The position numbers were made by a program, and so were the translations under genes. Under the pieces are notes generated by a model that saw nothing but the letters and a program-made list of their open reading frames with translations, was not told the DNA's origin and did no database searches. Positions 1-9,171 of a stretch of DNA of 64,000 nucleotides are shown here, one piece after another. How positions within the stretch are numbered: position 1 is the first letter of the stretch; the number at the start of each line of letters is the position of its first letter. Origin of the DNA: a bacterium (lineage in GTDB: Bacteria > Patescibacteriota > Minisyncoccia > UBA6257 > 2-01-FULL-56-20); NCBI GenBank assembly GCA_027310965.1, contig DAICZW010000001.1, positions 37,236 through 101,235 of the forward strand, given 5' to 3'.

Positions 1-230
1 GTTCGTCCCCTTGATTTTTGTTCCGTAAAATTTTTAACGACAAGACCGGGGATGGCGAAACGCGCTTTTACTTTTTGCCATTCGTTGTGCGGCAGCCGTT
101 TTTTCCAGAGCGCCTGCGGATCGGGCCGCGCCATGATGACGCCGCCGTACCGTTCCAGTTTTTCTCCGTCGCCGCTGTCCAAAAGTTCATAGCCGTCGCA
201 TCCGGCTGTTTCCGTTATGAGATAATCCAT
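1..230 (-). CDS. Class I SAM-dependent (RlmI-like, PUA-type N-terminus) methyltransferase, N-terminal part; 3' end lies outside the window
   Basis: Minus-strand translation from the ATG at 230 gives MDYLITETAGCDGYELLDSGDGEKLERYGGVIMARPDPQALW..., the typical N-terminus of PF10672-type rRNA methyltransferases. Not in the ORF track because it is partial. Confidence 0.4.
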   Translation of the reverse strand, partial: MDYLITETAGCDGYELLDSGDGEKLERYGGVIMARPDPQALWKKRLPHNEWQKVKARFAIPGLVVKNFTEQKSRGR

Positions 231-355
231 AATGCAAAGTATACAGGAAACGGAAGAGAGAACATAGAATCGATTTTTTAAAATTTAAATATTACAAAAG
301 CGTGATCAAAAAGACAGCGTCGTAAGGCCCTGTCGACGCCATCGCAGATCTTTTT

Positions 356-1708
356 CTATTCCGGAAAATCGAAGCGGACAAGATTTTGGGCGGGATTGAT
401 AAGATACAGCGCGTTGTTGTCGGCGTCATAGAACGGCGCCATGCCCTGCGCCACGGTCGTGAAGTTGTCGAGGCCGGCGTCTTTGAGGTCGAGGAACGAA
501 ACGCGGTCGCCGTATTCTATGAAAAGGTGCATGGTGTCCTTATACCAGATGACGCGCCGCGCATCCGCAATATCCGGCAGATTGAAGCGGTAGTAATCGT
601 AACTATTGCCCGTGAGCGGGATGATCTCCATACTTTTGTTTTCGAGCGCCGCGACGGACGATCCGTCCGCGGTCGGCGCGAAATATTTCACGTCGTCGGC
701 GATATGCGTGACGCTGTCCGTTCCCGTATCGTAAAGATAAAGTTCGCCGTCGTTCTGAAGGATGCCGAGCATGCCGTCTTTCACCCATTTGAGGTCGCTA
801 TTTTGTCCGGGCAGGGTGGATGAAGCGGCTATCGATTCCGCGGACGTATCATAAATCATTATATCCGACGAACGCGCCGATTTTTCCGATTCCGTCCATG
901 CGATCATGTTTGTTCCGGCGGCGATGCTATCGCCGATAATTTCTTTTGCGGATATTTTTGCGGTTGCGGCTGCGGATATATTCTTAATCAGCGTTGTATT
1001 TGCATTCGCGGTATCGATAAGCCATATCTTGGACGGTCCCGCCGCGACGATCATTCCCGGATCGCGCGGATCGAAAAAGATGCTCGCAACATCGCCTTTC
1101 GCCGCGCCGCTTTTCGCGAGGATGGCGCTCAGGTCGGTTGTGCCGCCGTTTCCGGATTGGTAGAGCGAATATTTTCCGTTCGTATTATTTTTTATGATTG
1201 CGGCGCTGCCATCCTTCGCTTCATCGATAAGCGTTCCTTTGCCGATTGGCAGGCCGTCGGACGACAGCGCGCCATTCGTATTTTGGACTACTACCGTATT
1301 ATTCGCGGCGAAAAATTTTTGTACGGGTCCCTGCGCGACCGAAGTCGCATTTTGCGGGACGAGCACCGCGGATTTGAATGCGGCAACGAGAGAAGGGGAC
1401 ACCGCGGCGTTTTCGTGCCATGCGTCATAGCCGGTTTTTTCAAGTTCAAGGTCGTACGTTTTCGGAAAAAGGTTTGCAATGAGCGTGCCGCGTCCAAGGA
1501 ACGAGGAATCATTTTGAATGGGTTTTTTATCGAGGGATATCCGGGCGTCATCGGGGAATGATCGGACGAAAATGCCGCCGACTTTGCTCGCGCGCCACGT
1601 TGCCGCATCGAACCGCCATCCCTGCGCATAAAGGATGACGGCGGCGCCGATGACGAAAAATAATGCGACCAGGAGATAAAATATCAGTTTTCTTTTTTTC
1701 AGGGTCAT
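356..1708 (-). CDS. Membrane-anchored hypothetical protein with an N-terminal TM helix and a repetitive, beta-propeller-like extracellular region
   Basis: 450-aa ORF. N-terminal KKRKLIFYLLVALFFVIGAAVILYA TM segment, then a Gly/Asp/Thr-rich repetitive region. No recognisable catalytic motif. Confidence 0.5.
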   Translation of the reverse strand: MTLKKRKLIFYLLVALFFVIGAAVILYAQGWRFDAATWRASKVGGIFVRSFPDDARISLDKKPIQNDSSFLGRGTLIANLFPKTYDLELEKTGYDAWHENAAVSPSLVAAFKSAVLVPQNATSVAQGPVQKFFAANNTVVVQNTNGALSSDGLPIGKGTLIDEAKDGSAAIIKNNTNGKYSLYQSGNGGTTDLSAILAKSGAAKGDVASIFFDPRDPGMIVAAGPSKIWLIDTANANTTLIKNISAAATAKISAKEIIGDSIAAGTNMIAWTESEKSARSSDIMIYDTSAESIAASSTLPGQNSDLKWVKDGMLGILQNDGELYLYDTGTDSVTHIADDVKYFAPTADGSSVAALENKSMEIIPLTGNSYDYYRFNLPDIADARRVIWYKDTMHLFIEYGDRVSFLDLKDAGLDNFTTVAQGMAPFYDADNNALYLINPAQNLVRFDFPE

Positions 1709-2155
1709 GGAATATACGGTAGAAACATCTATAATAGCGCATCTAAGGATATTTTGAAAGGATACGTACTACGTACAGGATATTGAAAAGACAAAGATAC
1801 TTTTATAGAAACAATCGTTTCGATAAAAGCCTTTTTTGCGCGGAAAGTTATCCACTTTACAGGCGGAAAACGGTTGCTATACTGAAAGCAGATCCCGTAT
1901 TAGATCTCGGATCAAACAATTACAAAAGGGATGGCGAATCATTGCGATTCTTGGATCGCAATTGAGCCGACCCACATGGCGTTACGCCTGAGATCTATCG
2001 GGATTTACAAAGAACCCCTGCCGTGAGCGGGGATTTTTTGTTGAATGGTCGAGCGCCGATTTTTCTGTTTCTTTGCCTCGTTTCAAAAAAACCGCAACCG
2101 TGAAAATTATCGGGGGCGGTGAAAATCTTTTTGTGAAATGAAACAAAAAAGGAAA

Positions 2156-2192
2156 AAGAAAAACACCGCATCCGGAAAAATGCGGTGTTTTA
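2156..2192. terminator. Bidirectional rho-independent terminator hairpin abutting the hemerythrin stop codon
   Basis: aaaACACCGCATccggaaaaATGCGGTGTtttat: perfect 9-bp stem flanked by A-run and T-run. Confidence 0.6.
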
Positions 2193-2615
2193 TCGCAATC
2201 CGTGTTCGTGGAAAACGGCGGTATATTGTTTATCCATTACGAGGATGTGTTCTTTGAGCCAGTCGCCCGCATAAATCGCCATTGCGCGCGCTATCTTGGC
2301 GGTGTCGGATGCCGGATCTCGCAAGTCGTTAAGATATTTTTTCGTTATCCCGCGGAAAACGTCATGGGCGGCCCGGTGTACCTGCGCACCTTCATATTTG
2401 AATTCGTCAAAAAACTTTTCTTCCGTGCCAAGATGATAAAAAGAATAATCGCCGAGTTCTCCGAGATAGGTGAAGAGCATTTCCTTTTCCACCGCTTTCC
2501 CATCCGCGAAGCCAAGGATATTATTCGCAATCTCGAAGAAATGCTGGTGTTGTTCATCGATAAGCGTGACGCCTACGCTATAGTCGGGAGTCCATATATA
2601 TTTTTCCATATTCAC
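2190..2615 (-). CDS. Bacteriohemerythrin (hemerythrin HHE cation-binding domain protein)
   Basis: WTPDYSVGVTLIDEQHQHFF N-terminal hemerythrin signature. His/Glu/Asp ligand pattern (HxxxE, HxxxxD) is spread over 141 aa. Confidence 0.8.
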   Translation of the reverse strand: MNMEKYIWTPDYSVGVTLIDEQHQHFFEIANNILGFADGKAVEKEMLFTYLGELGDYSFYHLGTEEKFFDEFKYEGAQVHRAAHDVFRGITKKYLNDLRDPASDTAKIARAMAIYAGDWLKEHILVMDKQYTAVFHEHGLR

Positions 2616-2712
2616 AGTATACCATATTGCACGGAAAAAAAATTATCGTGCGGTTGACAGCGAGCGAAGCGAGCGCGTTGGTTTTGAAAAAATTAAAGCA
2701 CTTCCCACTATG

Positions 2713-2783
2713 TCGGGCTGCCGGGAATTGAACCCGGTCTTTACGCACCCCATGCGCACGTACTGCCGGTATACTACAGCCCG
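2713..2783 (-). tRNA. tRNA-Pro (anticodon GGG); CCA not encoded
   Basis: Minus-strand cloverleaf: acceptor CGGGCTG/CAGCCCG; 3-bp D stem GTA/TAC with a GG-containing loop; anticodon stem TGCGC/GCGTA with loop AUGGGGU (U33, GGG, G37 as in Pro tRNAs); canonical T arm CCGGG-TTCAATT-CCCGG; discriminator A. Folded by eye only. Confidence 0.6.
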
Positions 2784-2891
2784 CATTTATCCAGCACCTT
2801 TTCAGAATACTTGCAGGGCCGGACGAATGCAAGGTGAATTTTTGCGGGATCGCCGGCATATTGGAAGCTACGGGAACCCAGAACTCGTATC

Positions 2892-3135
2892 AAAAGCAGG
2901 CCAGCGGGGATTGCCGGCCGTCGGCAGCGATAAAAAATGAATGCGTTCGCACATTCATTTTTTCAGAGCGAACCGGCGGATGAAATAAAGTTTCATAAAA
3001 TTTCCGAGCGAGCGGCGTGATCTCCTAACGAGAGAAACTCATGTCTTCCGAGGAGGGAATCGCGGTGCGCAGCCGGAAATGGACGCAAGACCTGCGGACC
3101 ATTTTTAGAAAAACTACTTTTGAGACGGGTTTTAC
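2892..3135. mobile_element. MITE-like repeat element, copy 1 (terminal inverted repeats AGAAC(T)CGT..CAAAAGCAGG / CTTTTGAGACGGGTT)
   Basis: Shares ~85-90% identity over >150 bp with the copies at 20629..20880 and 62726..62903. Has an internal long hairpin and the conserved core CATTTTYTCAGAGCGAACCGGCGGATGAAA. Confidence 0.6.
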
Positions 3136-3947
3136 TCTTTCTCGTATCTTTGATCTAAGTCGTTTACTATCTTTTTGAATGCGACAAGTTTTTGCCTCAA
3201 TGCGGGATCCAGCCGTTTTCTATAAAGTTCAAGGCCTTGTATCTGGGCGCCGAGCGTTGCAATAAAATATTTAAAGAGCCTTTTTTCGAATTCCGATTGT
3301 TCCTGCCCTTTGGCGAATTCCCTTATTCCTTTTTCGATCCTGTCTTTAGGGAGGGCGATATAGAAAAGAGGGATATGGTCCGCGGCGCCCGGCACGGCTG
3401 TTTTTTTTCCGTCCTTTTCGTCGAGGCGGAGTGCGTATTTGAGTTCCGCGCCGCCATCGTCAACGTTACGTTTCTGGACCAAGTTCTTTTTCTTCTCGTA
3501 GGCGTCGCCCGTCGTGTCGCCGACCTCGTCGAATGCGCATACCAAGTTCCCCGTTTCGCGGTCGAATATCAGCGTGTCGACATTGTGTTTTTTATCGTCG
3601 TACGGCGCCGAGCGCATCACGATGAATTTCCCGCTGAGGTTTTTTGTGAAAACGGCATAGGCGAGCATCTCAAGCTTTTCGCCGTCGGTGTGTAATTTTT
3701 TTTCCAAAAGCGCCGCGCTGTCGGTGCCTCCTTCTCTTGTGCGTTGAAAATCCTGTTCAACATCGGGATAGATGGCCTTATAAGCGCCGTTGCGCATATC
3801 AATGCGCCCGCTTTTATCCACGGGGATGCCTTCGGCGCGGTACGGCTCCGTCAAAATTTCGACAAAACTTTTAAGTTTTTCTATCCCTTCTTTTTCCTCT
3901 TCGCGTTCTATCAATGGATCGATTCCTGGCTTTTCGAATCCGGACAT
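3132..3947 (-). CDS. Hypothetical protein (charged, 271 aa)
   Basis: Long ORF with coding-like composition and no recognisable motif. Confidence 0.55.
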   Translation of the reverse strand: MSGFEKPGIDPLIEREEEKEGIEKLKSFVEILTEPYRAEGIPVDKSGRIDMRNGAYKAIYPDVEQDFQRTREGGTDSAALLEKKLHTDGEKLEMLAYAVFTKNLSGKFIVMRSAPYDDKKHNVDTLIFDRETGNLVCAFDEVGDTTGDAYEKKKNLVQKRNVDDGGAELKYALRLDEKDGKKTAVPGAADHIPLFYIALPKDRIEKGIREFAKGQEQSEFEKRLFKYFIATLGAQIQGLELYRKRLDPALRQKLVAFKKIVNDLDQRYEKE

Positions 3948-3957
3948 GGGATATGTT

Positions 3958-4170
3958 TTATTTCGTGACTGCTGCTTTTGTGGTTTTATGCGGAGCTTTA
4001 TGGAGCGATTTTATGCACTGCACGCAGATGCGCGTGCGAATGCCCTTGATCGTCGCCCATTGGATGTTGGGATATTTACGGGTCCAGTTGGTCGGATTGT
4101 AATGGCCGCGGAGAAGCCGCCGGTGGCCGACCATTTTTGATCCCTTTTCGCATTGTGCGCATTTTCTCAT
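3958..4170 (-). CDS. rpmB: 50S ribosomal protein L28
   Basis: 70 aa, MRKCAQCEKGSKMVGHRRLLRGHYNPTNWTRKYPNIQ...RICVQCIKS. L28 family signature (CxxC...SH...R.F.PNLQ...CxxC). Confidence 0.85.
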   Translation of the reverse strand: MRKCAQCEKGSKMVGHRRLLRGHYNPTNWTRKYPNIQWATIKGIRTRICVQCIKSLHKAPHKTTKAAVTK

Positions 4171-4320
4171 GGTAGTGATAGTATACGGTCATTGGCGGCG
4201 TCCGGTATCGTGCATTTCCACCGGCCGCTTTTCATTTGATGGGTCGAGTATAACAGTGTCGCCGCTTTTTTGCAAGCAGCATGGAAGCAATTGTCTGGAA
4301 ATAACCTCTTACGGTCCATT

Positions 4321-4445
4321 TCGTCGTCCTCGCGGAGGCGAAGATCCGTGCTTTAATAAAGAAGTAGCGATGAGGAAGAGAGCGATGAGTGATTAAGAAA
4401 AAAGATTGGAAGCATGGATCCTCCTCTTCGCGAGGACGACAGAGG
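4321..4445. repeat. REP-like palindromic element pair (GTCGTCCTCGCGGAGGCGAAGATCC ... GGATCCTCCTCTTCGCGAGGACGAC)
   Basis: Two inverted copies of the GTCGTCCTCGCGGAGGCGAGGATCC family motif, located between rpmB and hsp20. Confidence 0.6.
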
Positions 4446-4557
4446 GGATAGATTTTTTCCTTCGGGGGGACGACGGAGAGAAAATGTCTCGTGCGCGGCA
4501 CAAGCGCGTATATTCTATTGTATAGAATAAAAGGCTGGCCTGCTTTTAAAACGGATT

Positions 4558-5073
4558 TTACTCCGTTTTCACGCTCAGTTTTTTCGTTTTTTTCTTGTTC
4601 ACTTTGGGGAGCCGGACCGTGAGGACGCCGTTCTTGAACGTCACGGTCGCGCCTTCCGGATCCACTTCCTGCGGGAGGATGACCGAACGGGTGAATTTTC
4701 CCCAATAGCATTCCTGATAAAGATAATTTTCGTCTCTCGCTTCTTTTTCCCGTTTGCGCGACCCCCTGATGGTTACGGAATCAGTCGTGGCGCTGACGTC
4801 GATGTTCTCGGGTTTTGTGCCTGCAATCGCGGATTCGATGACGATCTCGGACGGCGTCTGATAGACGTCAACCATGAGCTTCCCTTCCGGCTCGCCGTCG
4901 TCCCATTTTTCTTCCGCCTCGTCCTGGTCCGCGATCTTCGGTTCGGCGGCTTTCGAGCGCGCGGCGGCTATGGCGCCGGTTTCGGCTTTCGCGAACTCTA
5001 CGCCGTAATTTTCTTCGGCGCTTGAATTCGCGACCGCGAGTGTTTCAAAAAAATTTTTTTCCGATGCGTCCAT
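4558..5073 (-). CDS. Hsp20/alpha-crystallin family small heat-shock protein
   Basis: LMVDVYQTPSEIVIESAIAG...TVTFKNGVLTVRLPK alpha-crystallin domain motifs. Confidence 0.85.
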   Translation of the reverse strand: MDASEKNFFETLAVANSSAEENYGVEFAKAETGAIAAARSKAAEPKIADQDEAEEKWDDGEPEGKLMVDVYQTPSEIVIESAIAGTKPENIDVSATTDSVTIRGSRKREKEARDENYLYQECYWGKFTRSVILPQEVDPEGATVTFKNGVLTVRLPKVNKKKTKKLSVKTE

Positions 5074-5125
5074 GGCGATTGATAATTATTATTTTTTATA
5101 ATACGGTTTGTTTTGTGATTTTTTA

Positions 5126-5812
5126 TCAACTTATGATATCGATCGGCTTCTCTTTCAGTTTTTCAAAATCAACCAGTACGAAAAGACCGACGACGCCGAG
5201 GAATATGATCGAGTAAGCGATATTCTCATAGTTCAGTATAAGATAATTGAATGTGGCGTGCAACACGGTGGCGAGCGCGAGTCCGAAGGCGAGGAAGCGT
5301 ACCACTTTGCCGCGGATGATGCCTTTTGCCCAATAATATCCGACGACGCCCGACGCGAGGGAATGCAGGAGCGTTGCGCCAACGAAGCGGAGCGACGAGG
5401 TCTGGAAGATCGCGGCGATAAGCGCGGTCTGTTGCGGCATCGCGGCGATGGTGCCGATATTTTCGAGGGTGGCGAATCCGAGCGCGGCGACGATGGCGTA
5501 GATCATGGCGTCGACGGGCTCGGTGAAGCGCGGATCCTTATTGACGGCGAAATATGCCGCGCCGAATTTCAGGAATTCCTCTATGAATGCGAATACGATG
5601 AGCGCAATGACGGAGTATTCGCCGATGCCGGTTTCGCTGATGGCCTGCTTGAAGATCAATTCGATGCCGATGGCGAAAAGTCCGGCAATGATGCCGGCGG
5701 CAAACGCGAGCGCGATAAGCCGTTTCGGTTCGGGACGGGGATCTTCGCCGAGATAGAAAACCAGCCACGCGAAGCCGGGCGCAAGCGCAAGGATCAGCGA
5801 AAAGAGGAGCAT
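5126..5812 (-). CDS. PrsW-family intramembrane metalloprotease
   Basis: Multi-TM protein with the PrsW motifs EEFLK (EExxK), FATLEN (FxxxE) and HATFNY (HxxxN). Confidence 0.7.
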   Translation of the reverse strand: MLLFSLILALAPGFAWLVFYLGEDPRPEPKRLIALAFAAGIIAGLFAIGIELIFKQAISETGIGEYSVIALIVFAFIEEFLKFGAAYFAVNKDPRFTEPVDAMIYAIVAALGFATLENIGTIAAMPQQTALIAAIFQTSSLRFVGATLLHSLASGVVGYYWAKGIIRGKVVRFLAFGLALATVLHATFNYLILNYENIAYSIIFLGVVGLFVLVDFEKLKEKPIDIIS

Positions 5813-5935
5813 GGGTTTATTTTATCACATTGTTGCGCCACGCCCGCGCCGCCGAGGCATGTTGCCGGGAAATATACTTCGTAAAATTTTAATTTAAAAA
5901 GAAAAAAGCCGATCCATGAAGGACCAGCTTTATTT

Positions 5936-6685
5936 TTATAATCCGAAAATCATCTTCAGGCCGAGCAACCCTCCGATGATCACGAAAAGCAACTTTATAA
6001 ATTTGTTGCCTTTCTTTTGCACATGCCTTGATCCGAGATATGCGCCCGCAACCGATCCGGTTGCCGCGAAAATCATCATAGGAATGTCGTAATATCCGCG
6101 TTGAATGAACAGGATTGCGGCGAACAATGCCCATGAAAACGAGATGAGGTAGTAATGGGCGAGTCCATCCTTAAAATCGAACCCGTTTGTATGAACAGTC
6201 AGCGATGTAAACATAATGCCGTTCGCTGAACCGAACACTGTCTCGTAAAACCCGAGGACCAGCGCAAACGGCCATGCAATCGCCTGACGGAAGCGCGAAT
6301 AGACGTGATGTTCGCTAAGTCCGAAACCTTTCCTGAAGTAGGTATATACTGCCAGGAAGACGATGATAATACCCACGACGATTGCGAGAATCCGCTGATT
6401 CACGTCAATCGCGAAGATTACGCCGGCGTAGCAGCCGATAAGTCCCACGATTGAAAATATGGCGACGAGTGGCCAATGTATTTTCCTCCCGCCTTTCAGA
6501 TAATTCCTCGCCGCAGGAAGAACCCATGCCGCGGAATTCACCGATGAAACGGCGGCGACCAGTGGATACGACACTCCCATAGAAAGGAGGACTGGAAAAA
6601 GAATAACCCCCGCGCCGCCGCCCGACATCGAACTTAATCCTGCCGCGACGAACGCGATCGCGAAAATTAAAATATCTTGTAGCAT
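5936..6685 (-). CDS. TSUP (TauE/SafE) family anion exporter membrane protein
   Basis: 249 aa, ~8 TM segments, internally duplicated 4-TM halves with Gly-rich motifs typical of TauE/SafE. Confidence 0.7.
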   Translation of the reverse strand: MLQDILIFAIAFVAAGLSSMSGGGAGVILFPVLLSMGVSYPLVAAVSSVNSAAWVLPAARNYLKGGRKIHWPLVAIFSIVGLIGCYAGVIFAIDVNQRILAIVVGIIIVFLAVYTYFRKGFGLSEHHVYSRFRQAIAWPFALVLGFYETVFGSANGIMFTSLTVHTNGFDFKDGLAHYYLISFSWALFAAILFIQRGYYDIPMMIFAATGSVAGAYLGSRHVQKKGNKFIKLLFVIIGGLLGLKMIFGL

Positions 6686-6834
6686 TTGTTGCCTCCTTTT
6701 AAAGAATTACCGGATATCTCTCCGGCGAGTGGCCGCGAGGCCTTATTTTTTTATCTATTTAATTATCAAAGAACATTGTTATATCATAGCTTATCTTTAA
6801 TTAAATGTCAAATCCTTGGACGCGACCAACCTTG

Positions 6835-9129
6835 CTACCATTTTTCCGCCATCAGTATTTTTTCCGGGCGGAATTTCCGCCAGACGGCTTCCGTGACGAA
6901 CGGCATGAAAGGATGGAGCAGTTTCATGGAGCCGAGGAGGAGCGACTCGAGGATTGCGTATGATGCCGCTTTTTCCGCTTCCGTGCCGTTCTTTAAATTT
7001 TCTTTTTCCGTTTCGATGATTTTGTCCGCAAACGTGTGCCAGATATAGCGGTACATTTTTTCCGCGCCGAGGTGGAACTCGAAATTTTCGATATGCGCCG
7101 TCACTTCGGATTTCAATGCTTCAAATTCTTTGAGATATATTTCATGGCGCTCGTTTTTTTTCATTTCTCCGTTTTCCGCTCTCCATTCTGAATTCTGCAT
7201 TATGAACCGCGCGATATTCCATATTTTCGTCGAAAAGTTCCGGTAGCCGCGGATGCGGTCTTCGGAAAGCTTGATATCGTTGCCGGGCGCAGCGCCGATG
7301 ATGAGCGAAAGACGTGTGGCATCGGCGCCGTACTTGTCCGCCATTTCCAAAGGGTCGATGCCGTTGCCTTTTGATTTCGACATTTTCCGCCCTTTCGCAT
7401 CGCGCACGAGGCCGTGCAGATACACTTTATGGAAGGGGACTTCGCCCATAAGACACGTTGACATAAGGATCATCCGCGCGATCCAGAAGAAAAGGATGTC
7501 GTAGCCCGTCTCGAGTACGGAATTCGGAAAATAATTTTTCAGATCCGCTGTTTCGTCGGGCCAATTGAATACCGAGAACGGCCAAAGCCCCGACGAGAAC
7601 CAGGTATCGAGCGTATCGGGATCCTGTTGCCAGCCGTCGCCTTCCGGCGGCTCAATGTCGACGTAGAATTTTTCAGGCTGTTCTTTGGCTAAATCCGTCT
7701 GCGTCAACAAAGATTCATCGTCGATATCCTTATACCATGCCGGGATCCGATGCCCGAACCAGATCTGCCGCGAAACGCACCAGTCGCGGAGATTATCGAT
7801 CCAATTGAAATAGATCTTCTCGAAGCGGCCGGGGAGAATTTTTACTTTACCGCTTTCTACGGCATCGCGCATTAATTCTTTCAATGTTCTTTCTTCGTCT
7901 TTTTCATTGAAAGCGCGGATCTCCGCCTTCGCGGGGACGGCATCGGAATGTCGTTTTCCGGTTTTTGCCGCAAACGGCTTGTTCACCATTATGAACCACT
8001 GCAGTTTCGGCAGCGGTTCGATGATGCCACCGGTGCGTTCGGCCGTCGCGACATTTTGTGAAATTTCCTCTTCTTTTTCGATAAGATTCGCGTTGCGCAA
8101 CAGTGCAACGACCGCTTCGCGCGCTTCCGCGGTTTTTTTACCGTATACCGTTTCGCCGCCGACTGTCATCTTCCCGTATTCGTCGATGATCTGTTTAAAG
8201 GGGAGGCCGTGCCGCCGCGCGATTTCTCCGTCGATCACGCTGTGCGCGGGCGTCACGCCCAACGCGCCCGTTCCGAAATCTTTTTCAACCGACTGGTCGG
8301 CGATGATTTTAATGTGAAGCGCTGCGCCGCAGAATGCCACATCGTATTCTTTGCCGGCGAATTTCTTATACCGTTCATCGTCGGGATGGATTGCGACGGC
8401 CACGTCGCCGAATTTCGTTTCCGGCCGCGTGGTTGAAATGGCGACAGGGAAGAGTTTATCTTTTTCCGGACCGCTCAGGATTTTCCCGTAGCGGAACGTA
8501 TAGAGTTTTGTTTTCCGTTCTTCATAGACAATTTCATCGTCCGAGATGACGGTTTGACCTTTCGGGTCCCAATTCACCACGCGAAAATTGCGCTCAATGA
8601 GCCCCCTGTCGTACATCTCCTTGAATGCCGTCCGGACAGCGCGGCTGCGCGTTTCGTCCAGCGTATATGCTTCGCGGCTCCAATCCAAAGAAGCGCCGAG
8701 CCGTTTTATCTGCCGTACGATCGTATCATGGCTTTCCTGCGCGAACGCGTTCACGCGCGAGAGGAATTCTTCGCGCCCGAGATCGTGGCGGTTCTTTTTT
8801 TCTTCTTTCAATATCTTTTTCTCGACTTTCGATTGCGTGGCGATGGCGGCATGGTCGGTACCGGGCACCCAGAGCGTCCGTTTGCCGTTCATGCGGTGGT
8901 AGCGTACCATGACGTCCTCGACGGCAAGCATTGCCGCGTGCCCCATATGCAGTTCGCCCGTCACATTCGGCGGCGGCAATATAATAGAGAACGGTTCCGC
9001 GTCCGCCGCCGTCACTCCGTTTTCTGCGCAGATATCGGGGTTGAAATATCCCGACTCTTCCCAGAGCTTATAAATCTTCTCTTCGCTTTTGACGTGGTCG
9101 TAGCGGGGTTCGAATTCGTTTTCGTCCAT
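6835..9129 (-). CDS. valS: Valine--tRNA ligase (short form, 764 aa)
   Basis: PPPNVTGELHMGHA class-I signature specific to ValRS, plus a KMSKSKGN motif near the C-terminal part. Confidence 0.9.
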   Translation of the reverse strand: MDENEFEPRYDHVKSEEKIYKLWEESGYFNPDICAENGVTAADAEPFSIILPPPNVTGELHMGHAAMLAVEDVMVRYHRMNGKRTLWVPGTDHAAIATQSKVEKKILKEEKKNRHDLGREEFLSRVNAFAQESHDTIVRQIKRLGASLDWSREAYTLDETRSRAVRTAFKEMYDRGLIERNFRVVNWDPKGQTVISDDEIVYEERKTKLYTFRYGKILSGPEKDKLFPVAISTTRPETKFGDVAVAIHPDDERYKKFAGKEYDVAFCGAALHIKIIADQSVEKDFGTGALGVTPAHSVIDGEIARRHGLPFKQIIDEYGKMTVGGETVYGKKTAEAREAVVALLRNANLIEKEEEISQNVATAERTGGIIEPLPKLQWFIMVNKPFAAKTGKRHSDAVPAKAEIRAFNEKDEERTLKELMRDAVESGKVKILPGRFEKIYFNWIDNLRDWCVSRQIWFGHRIPAWYKDIDDESLLTQTDLAKEQPEKFYVDIEPPEGDGWQQDPDTLDTWFSSGLWPFSVFNWPDETADLKNYFPNSVLETGYDILFFWIARMILMSTCLMGEVPFHKVYLHGLVRDAKGRKMSKSKGNGIDPLEMADKYGADATRLSLIIGAAPGNDIKLSEDRIRGYRNFSTKIWNIARFIMQNSEWRAENGEMKKNERHEIYLKEFEALKSEVTAHIENFEFHLGAEKMYRYIWHTFADKIIETEKENLKNGTEAEKAASYAILESLLLGSMKLLHPFMPFVTEAVWRKFRPEKILMAEKW

Positions 9130-9135
9130 ACGGGT

Positions 9136-9164
9136 ATTGTAAGCGATTTTTCAGGCGTTTGTCA
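9136..9164 (-). promoter_or_regulatory. Putative sigma70-type promoter of valS; transcript predicted to be leaderless
   Basis: On the minus strand: TGACAA, 17-nt spacer, TACAAT, then only 6 nt before the valS ATG at 9129. No Shine-Dalgarno sequence is possible. Confidence 0.4.
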
Positions 9165-9171
9165 TCTGTCT

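Noticed and set aside
4232-4711. 159-aa minus-strand ORF spanning the rpmB-hsp20 intergenic region
   Set aside because: It runs through REP-like palindromes and overlaps the hsp20 3' end. Its composition is dominated by repeat-encoded Arg/Pro/Gly, and it has no RBS.
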